Below, in pieces: positions 18,852 to 31,069 of a stretch of 64,000 bases of DNA; position 1 is the first letter of the stretch, and every line of letters starts with the position of its first letter. The notes below the pieces were generated by a model that worked only from the letters and a program-made list of their open reading frames with translations, had not been told where the DNA came from and did no database searches. Source of the stretch: an uncultured Verrucomicrobiae bacterium (GTDB taxonomy: Bacteria > Verrucomicrobiota > Verrucomicrobiia > Limisphaerales > Palsa-1400); NCBI GenBank assembly GCA_963702845.1, contig OY969763.1, positions 2,240,001-2,304,000 of the forward strand, read 5' to 3'. A program made the translations under genes and the position numbers.

Positions 18852-21835
18852 AGCAAACGAACCTCCATCGACCTCACCGAAATCCGCGCCAAATTGAACG
18901 GCGCGCGAGGCCAGGAGTATTGGCGCAGTTTGGACGAGGTCGCGCAAACACCGGAGTTCGAGGAAATGTTACACCGGGAATTTCCCAACGCCGCGTCCGA
19001 ATGGGAGCTCGACCTTCAGCCGTCGCGATTTCATGCGAATAGCAGCAGCGTCCATCGCGCTCGCGGGTGCGACGGCTTGCACGAAGCAGCCGGCCAAAGA
19101 AATCTTGCCCTACATTCGCCAACCTGAAGCGCTCGTTCCCGGCAAGCCGATGTATTACGCCACCGCGATGGCGCTGGATGGGTACGGCACGGGAGTGATC
19201 GTCAAAAACCGCGAAGGGCATCCCGTGAAGGTGGATGGGAATGACGATCATCCGGCGGTTGCGCGCGGTTCGAGCATTTGGATGCAGGCATCCATTCTCG
19301 ATCTGTACGACCCGGACCGTTCGCAATCCATCACGCACTTTGGCGAAATCAGCGACTGGGGTTTGTTTGTCGGCGACTTGAACGAACTGATTCGCGAGCA
19401 CGATCAGGACGGCGGCGCCGGTTTGCGATTCTTAAGCGAGACGATCACCTCGCCAACGCTTATTGGACAACTCGAATCTTTGCTCAAAAAATTCCCGAAG
19501 GCGCGCGCATATCAATACGACCCGGTTTGCCGCGATAACGTGCGCGAAGGTTCAAAACTCGCATTTGGGGAATACGTCGAACCTCACTACAAATTCGAAA
19601 ATGCGGCAGTTATCATGTCGCTGGAATCGGATTTTCTCTACACACATCCTGAGCGGCTGCGCTACACACTCGGATACACAAACGGAAGGCGGCTAGCCGC
19701 TGGTAAGCAACAGATGAACCGCCTGTATGTCGCCGAAAGCACTCCGAGCGTCACCGGCACAATGGCGGAACATCGCTTACCAATCGAGAGCGGCAGGATC
19801 GAAGAGCTTGCATTTGAAATCGCGCGAGCCGTTGGCAGTGTCTCGGAGCTGCCAAAAGACGCGGGGTCGTGGGTTCGCGCCGTCGTCGCTGATTTGAAAA
19901 GCAATCGAGGCAAAAGCGTCGTCATTGCCGGAGAATCTCAGCCGCCTATGGTCCATGCCATTGCGCATCGTTTAAACGAAATGCTCGGTAATGTCGGAAG
20001 CACCGTTTCCTATTCAAAGCCCGTCGAGTTTCAAACTGCGAACCAGATTGCAGCGTCTGCGAGATTTCGCCCGTGACCTCCAGCAAGGCCATGTGCAAAC
20101 AGTTTTTGTCCTCGGCACGAACCACGTTTACTCAGCGCCGGCCGACCTCAATTTAGGGGCTTTGCTCGCGAAGGTTAAACGGAGCATTCACATCGGTTTG
20201 GATTACAACGAAACGGCCGCCGTCTGCACCTGGCACATTCCGCAAGCCCATTATCTCGAATCCTGGGGCGATGTGCGGTCGTTCGATGGCACCGTCTCAT
20301 TACAACAGCCGCTCATCGCGCCGCTTTATGGTGGAAGAACAATTTGCGAAGTGCTCGGCGTGCTCCATCAACAACAACCCATTCGCGCCGACTACGAAAT
20401 CGTACGCGAGCATTGGCGCAACAAAAACCAATGGCAGGATTTCGAGAAGGGTTGGCGCAAGGCGTTGCACGATGGATTTATCGCTGACACGGCTGAACCT
20501 GCACAACAAATCACCATGCACGTTCAGTCGCTCGATGATCTAAAAACACAGCAACGAATTAACCCCAGTGGCCAGATCGAAGTCGTGTTTCGACCCGACC
20601 CAAGTATTTGGGACGGTCGCTTTGCCAACAACGGTTGGCTACAGGAATGCGCCAAACCGGTGAGCAAGATGGTTTGGGACAACGCGGTGTTGGTCAGTGG
20701 CGCGTTGGCTGAACGCGAGCGGTTGAACAATGATGACGTTGTTGAGTTGAGCGTTGGCGGAAGGACGATTCGTGGCCCGGTCTGGATTACTCCCGGCCAG
20801 GCCGAGAACACCATCACGCTACAGCTTGGCTATGGACGCGAACGCGTCGGGCGTGTCGGTTCCGGTGTCGGTTTCAATGCGTATGCCCTTCGGACTTCCG
20901 ACGCGTTATGGACTCAAACCGGCGCGCAACTCGCGAAGACAGGACGCACGCACAAGCTGGTCACGACGCAAATTCATCACAATCTAGCCAGTCCAGAGCG
21001 TGAGGTTTACCGCAGCGGCACGCTGGCCGAATTAAAAACTGATCCAGAATTCGTAAAACAATCGCTTGAGGAACCACGTCCCGACGAGACTCTCTACGAC
21101 CCATACGAATACCCCGGCTACAAATGGGCGATGTCGATCGACCTCACGACCTGCATCGGATGCAACGCCTGTCTCCTCGCGTGCAACGTTGAAAACAACA
21201 TTCCCGTCGTCGGTAAAAACCAGGTCGACAAGCATCGCGAGATGTATTGGATTCGCATCGATACCTATTACAAAGGGCCGCTGGAAAATCCCTCGTTCAA
21301 TCACATGCCCGTCCCCTGCATGCACTGCGAGCATGCACCCTGTGAATTGGTTTGTCCGGTTGCGGCAACTGTTCACGATCACGAAGGTCTCAATCTCCAG
21401 GTTTACAACCGATGCGTTGGAACCCGGTTTTGTTCCAACAACTGTCCCTACAAAGTTCGCCGATTCAATTTCCTGCAATACACCGACTATCACACGCCGG
21501 CGTTAAAACCGCTCTACAATCCCGACGTGACCGTGCGTTGGCGCGGCGTCATGGAAAAATGCACCTACTGCGTGCAACGCATCGCTTCGGCGCGAATCAC
21601 TGCGGAAGAGCAAAACCGCCGTATTCGCGAAGGCGAAGTCAGGACCGCGTGCCAGCAAGCGTGCCCGGCCGACGCCATCGTTTTCGGCGACCTCAACGCG
21701 CCTGACAGCAAAGTCGCAAAATTGAAAAAGCGTTCGCTCGATTACTCGATGCTGGGCGACTTAAACACGCGTCCGCGCACAACTTATTTGGCCAAGGTGC
21801 AGAACCCGAATCCTGACCTGGAGGGCAAAACGTAG
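18848..21835 (+). CDS. actB: alternative complex III ActB (molybdopterin-fold plus 4Fe-4S), three +1 frameshifts (~18865, ~19015, ~20055)
   Basis: YWRSLDE...HREFP leader, SRRDFMR Tat motif, CIGCNAC, CMHCEHAPCELVCP, CVGTRFCSNNCPY and MEKCTYC spread over successive frames. Confidence 0.88.
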
Positions 21836-21836
21836 T

Positions 21837-23252
21837 ATGGAAACGATTCAAGGTTCAGAACCACGGATACCAGACGCCAAAGCGCCCTACCCTGTAACCG
21901 TGCTCGGGTATCCAGCCGAGATGATCGGTCCTGACGAATCGTATCGCAAAATCAGCGACCAGGTTGCCGACATTAATCTCAAACATCCGCGACCCAAGTT
22001 TTGGTTCATTGGGTTTACAGCGGCATTCACACTGTTTCTAGTGCTGTGCGGTTCGGTCAGTTATTTGCTTTATCGCGGCGTCGGAATTTGGGGCATCAAC
22101 ATCCCCGTCGCATGGGGCTTTGCCATCACCAACTTCGTTTGGTGGATTGGAATCGGTCACGCCGGAACGTTTATTTCCGCAATCTTGCTGCTGCTGTTCC
22201 AGAAATGGCGCACGACGATCAATCGGTTCACCGAAGCAATGACACTGTTCGCGGTCATGTGCGCCGGTCTGTTCCCGCTGTTACATCTCGGTCGTCCATG
22301 GGTTTTCTTCTGGCTGCTTCCCTACCCTGACACGATGAATTTGTGGCCGCAGTTTCGCAGTCCGCTCGTGTGGGACGTGTTCGCGGTCAGCACCTACTTC
22401 ACCGTTTCCTTGCTGTTTTGGTATTTGGGCGTCATGCCGGATCTGGCGACAGTGCGCGACAAAGCCGTGACAAAATGGAAGCGCCTGCTTTACGGCGTCT
22501 TCTCGATGGGTTGGCGCGGTTCGGCCAGGCACTGGAAAAACCACCAATCGGCTTACCTGCTGCTCGGCGGATTAGCGACCCCACTGGTATTGTCGGTGCA
22601 CAGCGTCGTCAGCTTCGACTTCGCCGTCGCCCAGGTCCCCGGATGGCATTCCACAATTTTCCCGCCTTACTTCGTCGCCGGCGCCATCTATTCGGGTTTT
22701 GCGATGGTGTTGAATTTGATCATCCCGATCCGGCGCATTTACGGTCTCCAGAATCTGATCACCACGCGAACGCTCAACAACATGGCCGTCATCACGCTCG
22801 TGACCTGCTGGATGGTGACTTACGGCTATATTATGGAAGCGTTCATGGCCTGGTATAGCGGCGATGTTTATGACAAAGGGACGATGCACGACCGGGCTTT
22901 TGGCGCTTACGCGTGGATCTTCTGGATTCTCATGACGGTTAATTGCGTCATCCCTCAACTTCTTTGGTCCCGCAAAATCCGCACCAACGACATCGCTCTA
23001 TTCTTCGTCGCGCTCTCCGCCAACATCGGCATGTGGATCGAGCGCTTTGTCATCGTCGTGCAAAGCCTTCACCATGATTTCGTGCCGTCCTCGTGGAAGA
23101 TGTATCGTCCGACGATTTGGGATTGGGCGACTCTATTTGGAAGCATCGGACTTTTTCTCACGTTACAATTTTTATTTATCCGCTATGTGCCGATGATCTC
23201 GATGTCGGAATCGCGTGAACTCGTCGCGCAACGCAAGGAGGGCCAACTGTGA
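21837..23252 (+). CDS. actC: ACIII ActC (NrfD/PsrC membrane subunit)
   Basis: WWIGIGHAGTFISA, HLGRPW, WDVFAVSTY, GWHSTIFPPYFVAGA. Confidence 0.93.
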   Translation: METIQGSEPRIPDAKAPYPVTVLGYPAEMIGPDESYRKISDQVADINLKHPRPKFWFIGFTAAFTLFLVLCGSVSYLLYRGVGIWGINIPVAWGFAITNFVWWIGIGHAGTFISAILLLLFQKWRTTINRFTEAMTLFAVMCAGLFPLLHLGRPWVFFWLLPYPDTMNLWPQFRSPLVWDVFAVSTYFTVSLLFWYLGVMPDLATVRDKAVTKWKRLLYGVFSMGWRGSARHWKNHQSAYLLLGGLATPLVLSVHSVVSFDFAVAQVPGWHSTIFPPYFVAGAIYSGFAMVLNLIIPIRRIYGLQNLITTRTLNNMAVITLVTCWMVTYGYIMEAFMAWYSGDVYDKGTMHDRAFGAYAWIFWILMTVNCVIPQLLWSRKIRTNDIALFFVALSANIGMWIERFVIVVQSLHHDFVPSSWKMYRPTIWDWATLFGSIGLFLTLQFLFIRYVPMISMSESRELVAQRKEGQL

Positions 23253-23851
23253 TCGAGCCAGTCGGAGCAGACGTCCGCACGATGCCTCAGGCAGAGGTTG
23301 TTTCTCACACCGAAACGTTTTCAAAAAAACTTTACGGTTTGATGGCCGAATTTGTCGAGCACGACCAATTGCTCCACGCCGCGCGCAAGACGTATGCGCA
23401 AGGTTATCGCGAGATTGACGCCTTCTCGCCGTTTCCAATCGATGGCTTACCCGAGGCAATCGGCCACGAGCACAGCAATATTCCGTTCGTCACATTGATC
23501 GGCGGCATGATTGGCGGACTGGGCGGGTATTTCATGCAGTGGATCGCAAATGCGCACCTCTATCCGTTGAACGTCGGTGGTCGCCCGTTCAATAGCTGGC
23601 CAAATTTCATTCCGATTACATTCGAGCTGACGATCCTCCTCGCGGCCTTAACAGCGTTCCTGGCGGTGTTTGTTTTCAACAAACTTCCACAATTGAACCA
23701 TCCGGTCTTCAATGTGCCAGAATTCCATCGTGCATCGATCGATCGATTTTTCCTGTTGATAGAAGTGGAGGACCCTGAGTTTGACCTGGAACGCACACGC
23801 GATTTTCTCGACAGCCTTCAACCTCGAAAAATATCGGAGGTAGAGGAATGA
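23249..23851 (+). CDS. actD: ACIII ActD (DUF3341)
   Basis: FSPFPIDGL, YPLNVGGRP..SWP.FIPITFELTIL. Confidence 0.9.
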   Translation: MIEPVGADVRTMPQAEVVSHTETFSKKLYGLMAEFVEHDQLLHAARKTYAQGYREIDAFSPFPIDGLPEAIGHEHSNIPFVTLIGGMIGGLGGYFMQWIANAHLYPLNVGGRPFNSWPNFIPITFELTILLAALTAFLAVFVFNKLPQLNHPVFNVPEFHRASIDRFFLLIEVEDPEFDLERTRDFLDSLQPRKISEVEE

Positions 23852-24420
23852 GCCAAACGCGATGGATGCTCCTCATTTGCGTGATAGCCGCCTCGGTCGG
23901 TTGCCGGCGCGACATGTTCATTCAACCGTCGCTCCATCCGCTCGAACGAACCGATGCATTCAAAAATGACATGGCCTCGCGCCCAGTGGTGGCAAACACC
24001 GTCGCGCGCGATCAACTGGACGAAGACACGGAATTTTACACCGGCAAAATCGGAACAAACCTCGTCACCACTTTGCCCTCTCCCGTCACGCGCGAAATGC
24101 TCCAACGCGGACAAGAGCAATTCGACATTTATTGTTCGCCCTGCCACGGACGCACCGGCGACGGAAACGGCATGATTGCGCAACGCGGCTTTACGCGGCC
24201 TCCCTCCTATCACAGCGATCGATTGCGCCAGGCGCCCATCGGCCATTTTTACGACGTCATCACGCACGGCTACGGCGTGATGTATCCGTACGCCGCGCGC
24301 GTAGAACCCGCCGATCGCTGGGCCATCGCCGCATACATTCGCGTCCTCCAAACCAGTCAAAATACGCGACTGGCAGAGGTTCCGGCGGAAGAACGCAGCA
24401 AGCTCGAGGCAAAGAAATGA
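23848..24420 (+). CDS. actE: ACIII ActE monoheme cytochrome c lipoprotein
   Basis: Lipobox VGC, CSPCHG, GYGVM. Confidence 0.9.
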   Translation: MSQTRWMLLICVIAASVGCRRDMFIQPSLHPLERTDAFKNDMASRPVVANTVARDQLDEDTEFYTGKIGTNLVTTLPSPVTREMLQRGQEQFDIYCSPCHGRTGDGNGMIAQRGFTRPPSYHSDRLRQAPIGHFYDVITHGYGVMYPYAARVEPADRWAIAAYIRVLQTSQNTRLAEVPAEERSKLEAKK

Positions 24421-25589
24421 ATGAGGACGCACAACATCGGGTATCGAAAATCCAACTGATCGCCTTGGTAATCGGTTTGCTTGCCTCGGTTGCGACCGTG
24501 ATCGGTGCATTCACTGACACGAAACAATTTTTCTATTCCTACCTCTTCGGTTTTTTGTTCTGGCTCGGTTTATCAATGGGCTGCTTCGCCGTCAGTATGT
24601 TGCATCAATTAACCGGTGGACGTTGGGGTTGGCCGACGCGGCGCTTTCTCGAAGCCGGTTTCATGGTGCTGCCGTTGATGCTGGTCTTGTTCATCCCAAT
24701 CTTCTTCGGATTGCATCAACTTTATCCGTGGGCGAGACCGCATGAATTCGGCGCTGATAAATTACTCCAGGACCGTCATCCGTACGAGAACGGGCTGTGG
24801 TACATCGTCCGTCAGATCGCTTTTTTATTAGTCTTCATTTGGATGGCTGCGCGAATTCGCGTTTGGTCTCTGCGACAAGACGCCACGACCGATGCTCTAC
24901 CCACGCGGCGCTCCCGCTTCATCAGCGGACCAGGGTTGGTTATTTATGGATTGCTCGGCACGTTCGCGTCGATCGATTGGATCATGTCGCTCGAACCGCA
25001 TTGGTATTCGACCATGTTCGGCGTCATCGTGCTGATTGGGCAAATCCTCACCGCCTACGCGTTCTCAGTGATCATGGTTTTACTGTTTAAACGCGATCCG
25101 TCGATTGCCGCGGTCTTAAGCAAAACCCAATATCATCAACTCGGAAACCTGCTTTTGGCCTTCGTGCTCTTCTGGACCTACGTGTCGTTTGGCGAATTTC
25201 TCATCATTTACTCTGGCGACATTCCGCATGAACTGGAGTGGTATCTGCATCGCATCGCCGGCAACTGGAAATTCGTTCTCGCCACCGTCGCCGCGTTTCA
25301 CTTCTTCGTTCCGTTTTTCCTGCTGTTGTTTCGAGCGGTGAAAAAGCATGGAACACCGCTGACTACCTTGGCTGTGATCATCTTCGTGATGCACATCGTC
25401 CACACGTATTGGCTGGTCATGCCGGCCTTTCACCACGATAACTTGAAAGTCAGTTGGATGGACTTCACTGCGCCTTTGGCTATCGGCGGTCTGTGGTTCG
25501 CCTTTTTCCTGGCGCGGCTGAAAGCCGCCCCATTGATTCCTCGGAACGATCCCGGACTCCAATTCGCATTTGCTTATGTCGAAGCCTAG
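24417..25589 (+). CDS. actF: ACIII ActF membrane subunit
   Basis: DWIMSLEPHWYSTMFG, LGNLLLAFVLFWTY; start MNEDAQ overlaps the actE stop. Confidence 0.88.
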   Translation: MNEDAQHRVSKIQLIALVIGLLASVATVIGAFTDTKQFFYSYLFGFLFWLGLSMGCFAVSMLHQLTGGRWGWPTRRFLEAGFMVLPLMLVLFIPIFFGLHQLYPWARPHEFGADKLLQDRHPYENGLWYIVRQIAFLLVFIWMAARIRVWSLRQDATTDALPTRRSRFISGPGLVIYGLLGTFASIDWIMSLEPHWYSTMFGVIVLIGQILTAYAFSVIMVLLFKRDPSIAAVLSKTQYHQLGNLLLAFVLFWTYVSFGEFLIIYSGDIPHELEWYLHRIAGNWKFVLATVAAFHFFVPFFLLLFRAVKKHGTPLTTLAVIIFVMHIVHTYWLVMPAFHHDNLKVSWMDFTAPLAIGGLWFAFFLARLKAAPLIPRNDPGLQFAFAYVEA

Positions 25590-26073
25590 CGCAAACCCCC
25601 AAGGCAAGCAGCAAGTCGACGCGGTCGGCTACGAAAAGCGCGACGCAAATGCTAAAGGTATTTTCCTGGCTGTCCTCGGCCTGTTTGTCGCGCTGCTCCT
25701 GGTCGACCTCATTGTGCGTTGGATTGTCCACGATTTCAAAAAATCACCAACGCCCGGCGATCGCTTCAGCGGCTCCGTCCGGCAAAAGCAAGCTGCCGCA
25801 ACGGAACCCGCCTTTCCACGATTGCAAATCTCGCCGCCAGCGGACCTGAGGAAACTTCGTGAAGAAGAAGCGCAGGAACTCAACACCTACGGCTGGATTA
25901 ACCAAACAGCCGGAGTCGTGCGCATCCCGGTTGATCGCGCGATGGACTTGGTATTGCAAAAAGGTTTGCCTGCACGTCAGAAAGGACAACCCGGCAAAGC
26001 CGGAGCGTCCAGTTACGAATTACAGTTACAACGCGCGAAAGAAAAACAGCCGGAGACTGGAGGGCCCCGATGA
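25576..26073 (+). CDS. ACIII-associated protein (ActG-like)
   Basis: YEKRDA, single TM, LNTYGWI...VRIPVDRAM. Confidence 0.7.
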   Translation: MSKPSANPQGKQQVDAVGYEKRDANAKGIFLAVLGLFVALLLVDLIVRWIVHDFKKSPTPGDRFSGSVRQKQAAATEPAFPRLQISPPADLRKLREEEAQELNTYGWINQTAGVVRIPVDRAMDLVLQKGLPARQKGQPGKAGASSYELQLQRAKEKQPETGGPR

Positions 26074-26903
26074 AGTGCTTGCTCCTGTTGATTATCGCTC
26101 TACTGCTGAATCTCTTGTCGGCCCCCGCGCAAATGCTCACGGATAAACAGCTTTCTGAAGTCAATTTTGATCAAAAACTCGGCGCGCAGCTTTCGTTGAA
26201 TTTGTGGTTCCGAGACGAAGCAGGCAAGGACGTAAGGCTCGGAGACTATTTCGGTAGCAAGCCCGTCATTCTCGTGCTCGGTTATTACCGGTGTCCGATG
26301 CTGTGCAACGCCACCTTCAACGGGATGATCGAAGCATTGAACGACATGCGTTGGAGCATCGGGCGCGAATTCCAAGTGGTCCATGTCAGCATCGATCCAA
26401 CGGAAACCTCTGAACTCGCGCGCAAAAAAAAGCAAACGTATCTCAAACGTTATGGTCGATTGGGCGCGAGCGATGGCTGGCATTTTCTGACGGGCGACCA
26501 ACAATCGATTCAACTCTTAACCGAGCAAGCCGGTTTCCGTTACGTCTATGACCCGGAGGTCAAGCAATACGCGCACCCTGGCGGCCTGATCATCGTCACG
26601 ACACAGGGAAAAATCACAAAATATCTCGCTGGCGTCACCTATTCGCCGGAACAAGTATTCAACTCCCTCAAGGACGCCTCAAAGGAGGGAATTGGCCAAC
26701 GCGTCCAGGAACTGTTCCTGCTCTGCTTCTCGCACAATCCAAGTCGAGGCAAATATGGGACCACAATCATGATCGCGGCGCGCACGCTTGGAGTCAGCAC
26801 TTGTGTAGGATTGACCTGTTTAATCGTGGTGCTGGTCCGTCGTGAGCACAGGAAGCCAACGGAACAACGTGACGACGCCAAACCAAAGGAGCCTGCTTCA
26901 TGA
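26070..26903 (+). CDS. SCO family copper chaperone
   Basis: YYRCPMLC, VSIDP, WHFLTG, YAHP. Confidence 0.9.
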   Translation: MKCLLLLIIALLLNLLSAPAQMLTDKQLSEVNFDQKLGAQLSLNLWFRDEAGKDVRLGDYFGSKPVILVLGYYRCPMLCNATFNGMIEALNDMRWSIGREFQVVHVSIDPTETSELARKKKQTYLKRYGRLGASDGWHFLTGDQQSIQLLTEQAGFRYVYDPEVKQYAHPGGLIIVTTQGKITKYLAGVTYSPEQVFNSLKDASKEGIGQRVQELFLLCFSHNPSRGKYGTTIMIAARTLGVSTCVGLTCLIVVLVRREHRKPTEQRDDAKPKEPAS

Positions 26904-27859
26904 ACATCCCGCTCCTGCCACGCGCGGCTTCGCAAACCGCCATTCAGGTCGATCACCTTGGCTGGGGCTTGCTGTTGATTAGCGCGGTAGTCCTCCTGGT
27001 CGTCTTCGTTCCGATGATGATATTTCTTTTCAAATATCGTCACGGCAAACCAGCCAACCGGGCGCCAGCCGAACTACCCACGTTCAAGATCGAAACCACA
27101 TGGACGCTCGTCACGTTGGTCGTAATGCTCGGTCTTTTCGCCTGGGGCGCAAACGTCTACTGGAACATCGAAACGCCTCCGGACGACGCCATGGAAATCA
27201 ACGTCATTGGCAAACAATGGATGTGGAAACTGCAACATCCGGAAGGCAATCGCGAGATTAACGAACTGCACGTGCCAGTCGGCCGAAATGTAAAATTCAC
27301 TCTCGCCTCGCAGGATGTGATTCACAGCTTTTACTTGCCCGAATTTCGCATCAAACAAGACGTCGTGCCCGGGTGGTATCGCAACATCTGGATCAAGGCG
27401 ACCAAAGTCGGAACCTATCATCTCTTCTGCTCAGAATTTTGCGGCACTCACCATTCCGCGATGAATGGTCACGTCATTGTGATGGAACCAGAGGAGTATC
27501 AACGATGGCTCGTGCAAGGCCAGCCGGGCAGCACGTTGGCGGAGTCAGGCCAGAAACTCTTCCGTGATCTTGGCTGCAGCGGTTGCCACGAGAACAGCAC
27601 CGTCGTTCGCGCGCCGCCGCTACAGGGACTCTTTGGCAAACCCGTCCCACTCCAATCCGGCCAGGTGATCACCGCCGATGAGGCCTATATTCGCGACTCC
27701 GTTCTTCTCCCGGCAAAAGACATCGCCGCCGGTTATACGAATGGCATGCCCTCCTACCAGGGTCGCGTGGATGAAGAACAGCTTTTGGAATTGGTTGCCT
27801 ACATCAAGAGCATCGGCGATCAGCCGGCGCAAACCCCAATCACCTTCAAACAAGAATGA
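26900..27859 (+). CDS. coxB: cytochrome c oxidase subunit II with C-terminal cytochrome c (caa3 type)
   Basis: [18 protein letters not shown]uA site, CSGCH. Confidence 0.95.
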   Translation: MNIPLLPRAASQTAIQVDHLGWGLLLISAVVLLVVFVPMMIFLFKYRHGKPANRAPAELPTFKIETTWTLVTLVVMLGLFAWGANVYWNIETPPDDAMEINVIGKQWMWKLQHPEGNREINELHVPVGRNVKFTLASQDVIHSFYLPEFRIKQDVVPGWYRNIWIKATKVGTYHLFCSEFCGTHHSAMNGHVIVMEPEEYQRWLVQGQPGSTLAESGQKLFRDLGCSGCHENSTVVRAPPLQGLFGKPVPLQSGQVITADEAYIRDSVLLPAKDIAAGYTNGMPSYQGRVDEEQLLELVAYIKSIGDQPAQTPITFKQE

Positions 27860-29508
27860 ACTCTACTGATCAACTTAACGTCACGCAGTTCGTTCAGGAA
27901 GAACCGTCCAAGAACTACCTGACCGAGGAGCGCACGCTTTGGTCCTGGCTCACCACCACCGACCACAAACGCATCGGCCTGCTCTATCTTTTCTCAATCA
28001 TCTTCTATTTCCTCATCGCAGCAGTCGCGGCGGCTCTGATGCGCATCGAGTTACTCACGCCTGCTGGCGACCTCGTCACGTCCGAAACTTACAATCGCCT
28101 GTTCACCATTCACGGCACGCTCATGGTTTGGTTCTTCTTGATTCCATCCATCCCGGCCGTATTGGGAAATTTCGTCCTGCCAATGATGATCGGTGCACGC
28201 GACGTCGCGTTTCCACGACTCAATTTATTTAGTTGGTATTTGTTCAATCTCGGCGGAATGTTCGCAATCTATTCAGTTGTGTTTGGCGGCGCCGACACGG
28301 GCTGGACCTTTTACACGCCATACAGTAGCACCTACTCAAACTCCCACGTTACCATGCTCGCTGCCGGAGTATTCATCACCGGCTTCAGTTCAATTATCAC
28401 CGGCCTCAATTTCATCGTCACCGTTCACAAGCTTCGCGCCCCCGGCCTGACGTGGTTTCGGCTGCCCCTCTTCATCTGGTCGATGTATTCGACAAGCGTC
28501 ATCATGGTGCTCGCTACGCCGGTATTGGCCATGACGCTGACGCTGATGGCTATTGAACGCCTCTGGGGTGTGGGTGTTTTCGACCCAAGACTCGGCGGCG
28601 ACCCGGTCCTGTTCCAACACTTGTTCTGGTTCTACTCGCACCCAGCCGTTTACATCATGATTTTGCCGGGCATGGCGGTGGTCAGCGAAGTCATCACCTG
28701 CTTTTCACGAAAACCGATTTTTGGCTACGAGTTCGTCGCGTTTTCATCCATCGCCATCGCGGCCTTCGGATTTCTCGTCTGGGGCCATCACATGTTTGTC
28801 GCCGGCCAATCGGTCTATGCCGGAATCGTTTTCTCGCTCTTGAGTTATTTGGTGGCCGTGCCGTCAGCAATTAAAGTGTTCAACTGGACAATGACCTTGT
28901 ATCGAGGGTCAATATCCTTTGAGACGCCGATGCTCTATATCCTCGGTTTCATCGGGCTATTTACGATCGGCGGGCTTACCGGCTTATTCCTCGCGGCACT
29001 TGGATTCGACGTTCATGTCACCGACACCTATTTCGTCGTCGCGCACTTTCATTACATCATGGTCGGCGGCATGGTCCTCGCGTTTTTGGGCGGACTGCAT
29101 TACTGGTGGCCGAAAATTACCGGCCGCATGTATCCCGAGAAACTCGGACAACTCGCGGCGCTAGTTTCATTCATCGGATTCAACCTGACATTCTTCCCGC
29201 AATTCATCGTCGGTTACCTTGGAATGCCTCGACGCTATCACGCCTATTCGCCAGAGTTTCAAATTTACAATGTCCTCTCCACCGCCGGCGCATCGATCCT
29301 CGGTGTCGCGTATCTCCTGCCACTCATCTACCTGACCTGGTCACTCAAATACGGCAAGCGCGCGCCGCAAAATCCCTGGAACGCCACCGGTCTCGAATGG
29401 CAAACAACCTCACCGCCCGACAAACACAACTTCAAAGAGACGCCCATTGTCACCGGGCCGCCCTACCAATACAGCCCTCAAGCCGAGGAGGAAATGGTGC
29501 ATGGATAG
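27856..29508 (+). CDS. ctaD: cytochrome c oxidase subunit I
   Basis: [15 protein letters not shown] (A2 type), WGHHM, VAHFHY. Confidence 0.97.
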   Translation: MNSTDQLNVTQFVQEEPSKNYLTEERTLWSWLTTTDHKRIGLLYLFSIIFYFLIAAVAAALMRIELLTPAGDLVTSETYNRLFTIHGTLMVWFFLIPSIPAVLGNFVLPMMIGARDVAFPRLNLFSWYLFNLGGMFAIYSVVFGGADTGWTFYTPYSSTYSNSHVTMLAAGVFITGFSSIITGLNFIVTVHKLRAPGLTWFRLPLFIWSMYSTSVIMVLATPVLAMTLTLMAIERLWGVGVFDPRLGGDPVLFQHLFWFYSHPAVYIMILPGMAVVSEVITCFSRKPIFGYEFVAFSSIAIAAFGFLVWGHHMFVAGQSVYAGIVFSLLSYLVAVPSAIKVFNWTMTLYRGSISFETPMLYILGFIGLFTIGGLTGLFLAALGFDVHVTDTYFVVAHFHYIMVGGMVLAFLGGLHYWWPKITGRMYPEKLGQLAALVSFIGFNLTFFPQFIVGYLGMPRRYHAYSPEFQIYNVLSTAGASILGVAYLLPLIYLTWSLKYGKRAPQNPWNATGLEWQTTSPPDKHNFKETPIVTGPPYQYSPQAEEEMVHG

Positions 29509-30145
29509 CGCGTATTCACCACTGGCGACGCCTTACGAGGAAATGCCGCAACAAAAAGATGCGGCCACACTGGGGATGTGGACTTTTCTCGCGACCGAAA
29601 TCCTGTTCTTCGGCGTGATGTTTCTGAGTTACATCGTTTACCGAAGCACCTATCCAGAGGCATTCGCAATCGCGAGCCATCATACGATTGTCCTCTTTGG
29701 CACCATCAACACAGCCATTTTGCTGACGAGCAGCTTGACGATGGCGCTCGCTGTTCATGCCGCCAAGGAAGGAAACAACCAACTCGTGTTTCGCTTTTTG
29801 GCGGTGACAGTTCTGTTCGGCATTGCGTTCCTCGGCGTCAAAGGCATCGAGTATCACCAGGACCTCGACGAACGCCTTTGGCCGGGCCCACACTTCCGGG
29901 AAGGCTTGCCGCCGCAGGCGCAAATCTTTTGGGTGCTCTACTGGATCATGACCGGTGTTCATGCCGTCCATGTCACCGTGGGCGTTTGTCTGATTTCCTA
30001 CATCGCGCACATGGCGGCGAAGCGGAAGTTCTCGCCTGAATACCATACGCCGGTTGAGATCACCGGTTTGTATTGGCACTTCGTCGACATCATTTGGATA
30101 TTCCTTTATCCCCTGCTCTACCTCATCAATCGCTATTCCGCATGA
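29501..30145 (+). CDS. cytochrome c oxidase subunit III
   Basis: [26 protein letters not shown]. Confidence 0.93.
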   Translation: MDSAYSPLATPYEEMPQQKDAATLGMWTFLATEILFFGVMFLSYIVYRSTYPEAFAIASHHTIVLFGTINTAILLTSSLTMALAVHAAKEGNNQLVFRFLAVTVLFGIAFLGVKGIEYHQDLDERLWPGPHFREGLPPQAQIFWVLYWIMTGVHAVHVTVGVCLISYIAHMAAKRKFSPEYHTPVEITGLYWHFVDIIWIFLYPLLYLINRYSA

Positions 30146-30447
30146 GCACGATCCACCTTTCGAAAAAAACTTACTTCCTCGTTTGGGCCGCGCTCTTGCT
30201 GTTGCTCTTTGCGACCTGGGCGGCGGCGGAAGTGAACCTCGGCAAATTCAACAACGTCGTGGCGTTGACGATTGGGTTTGCGAAAATGTTTTTAGTCCTG
30301 CTGTTTTTCATGCACCTGAAATATGAAAAACGGCTGACCTGGGTCTTCGCCGCAGCCGGATTCATTTGGCTGGTCATCATGATTGGCCTGACGATGGGCG
30401 ATTACATCACGCGCTACGGGCCGTGGCACACTTTGCTGACGCGCTAG
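30142..30447 (+). CDS. cytochrome c oxidase subunit IV family protein
   Basis: K..LV.LFFMHLKY motif. Confidence 0.88.
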   Translation: MSTIHLSKKTYFLVWAALLLLLFATWAAAEVNLGKFNNVVALTIGFAKMFLVLLFFMHLKYEKRLTWVFAAAGFIWLVIMIGLTMGDYITRYGPWHTLLTR

Positions 30448-31052
30448 CGGGCAAGCGTCCCACCAAACGGACCTTCGCAGATCGATTGTGCGAGAGGGCG
30501 GCGATCACTCGGCTTTTCACGCTCCCTGAGTTCTTGACTAAGATCGTCGGGATTGCCGTGTTTACCGAGAGCAAACATCGCGCAAACGGCAAATTCGTCG
30601 GGAACATTCAATGCGGTGCGCGCTTTATCGTAGTCAAACCCGGCCATGCCGTGTGAAACGAGTCCCATTGCCGTTGCCTGAAGCGCGAGATTTTCCCATG
30701 CCGAACCGGCATCAAACACATGCACCGGATTCGGGCTGCCATTTCGCGTAAAGGTTTTACGCGAAATGACCACGCAGAGAACAGCGGCGTTCTTGCACCA
30801 TACTTTATTGGCGTCCATCAGCAGGTCCAAAAACATTTGGAAATGCGGCGTATCGCGACGCCCATACAGAAAGCGCCATTCCTGTTCGTTGCGGGTCGAT
30901 GGCGCCCAACGCGCAGCTTCGAACAGACACATCGTCTCGCGCTCGCTCAGCGACTCTCCACTCATCGCACGTGGAGACCAACGTTTGACGAACAACGACT
31001 CGATCGGATAATCCGCTTTGCGGTGCTCTTCAGCATTCGGTAGCTTGCTCAT
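30444..31052 (-). CDS. nitroreductase family protein
   Basis: RWSPRA, EAARWAPS..N.Q.WRF, HGMAGFD. Confidence 0.92.
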   Translation of the reverse strand: MSKLPNAEEHRKADYPIESLFVKRWSPRAMSGESLSERETMCLFEAARWAPSTRNEQEWRFLYGRRDTPHFQMFLDLLMDANKVWCKNAAVLCVVISRKTFTRNGSPNPVHVFDAGSAWENLALQATAMGLVSHGMAGFDYDKARTALNVPDEFAVCAMFALGKHGNPDDLSQELREREKPSDRRPLAQSICEGPFGGTLAR

Positions 31053-31069
31053 GAAAACGAATTTAACGC

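Noticed and set aside
18730..20060. Programmed frameshifting in ACIII genes
   Set aside because: Four shifts with no evident slippery motifs; sequencing error is more parsimonious
18185..30447. ACIII-caa3 operon as a novel system
   Set aside because: Well-known gene cluster organisation
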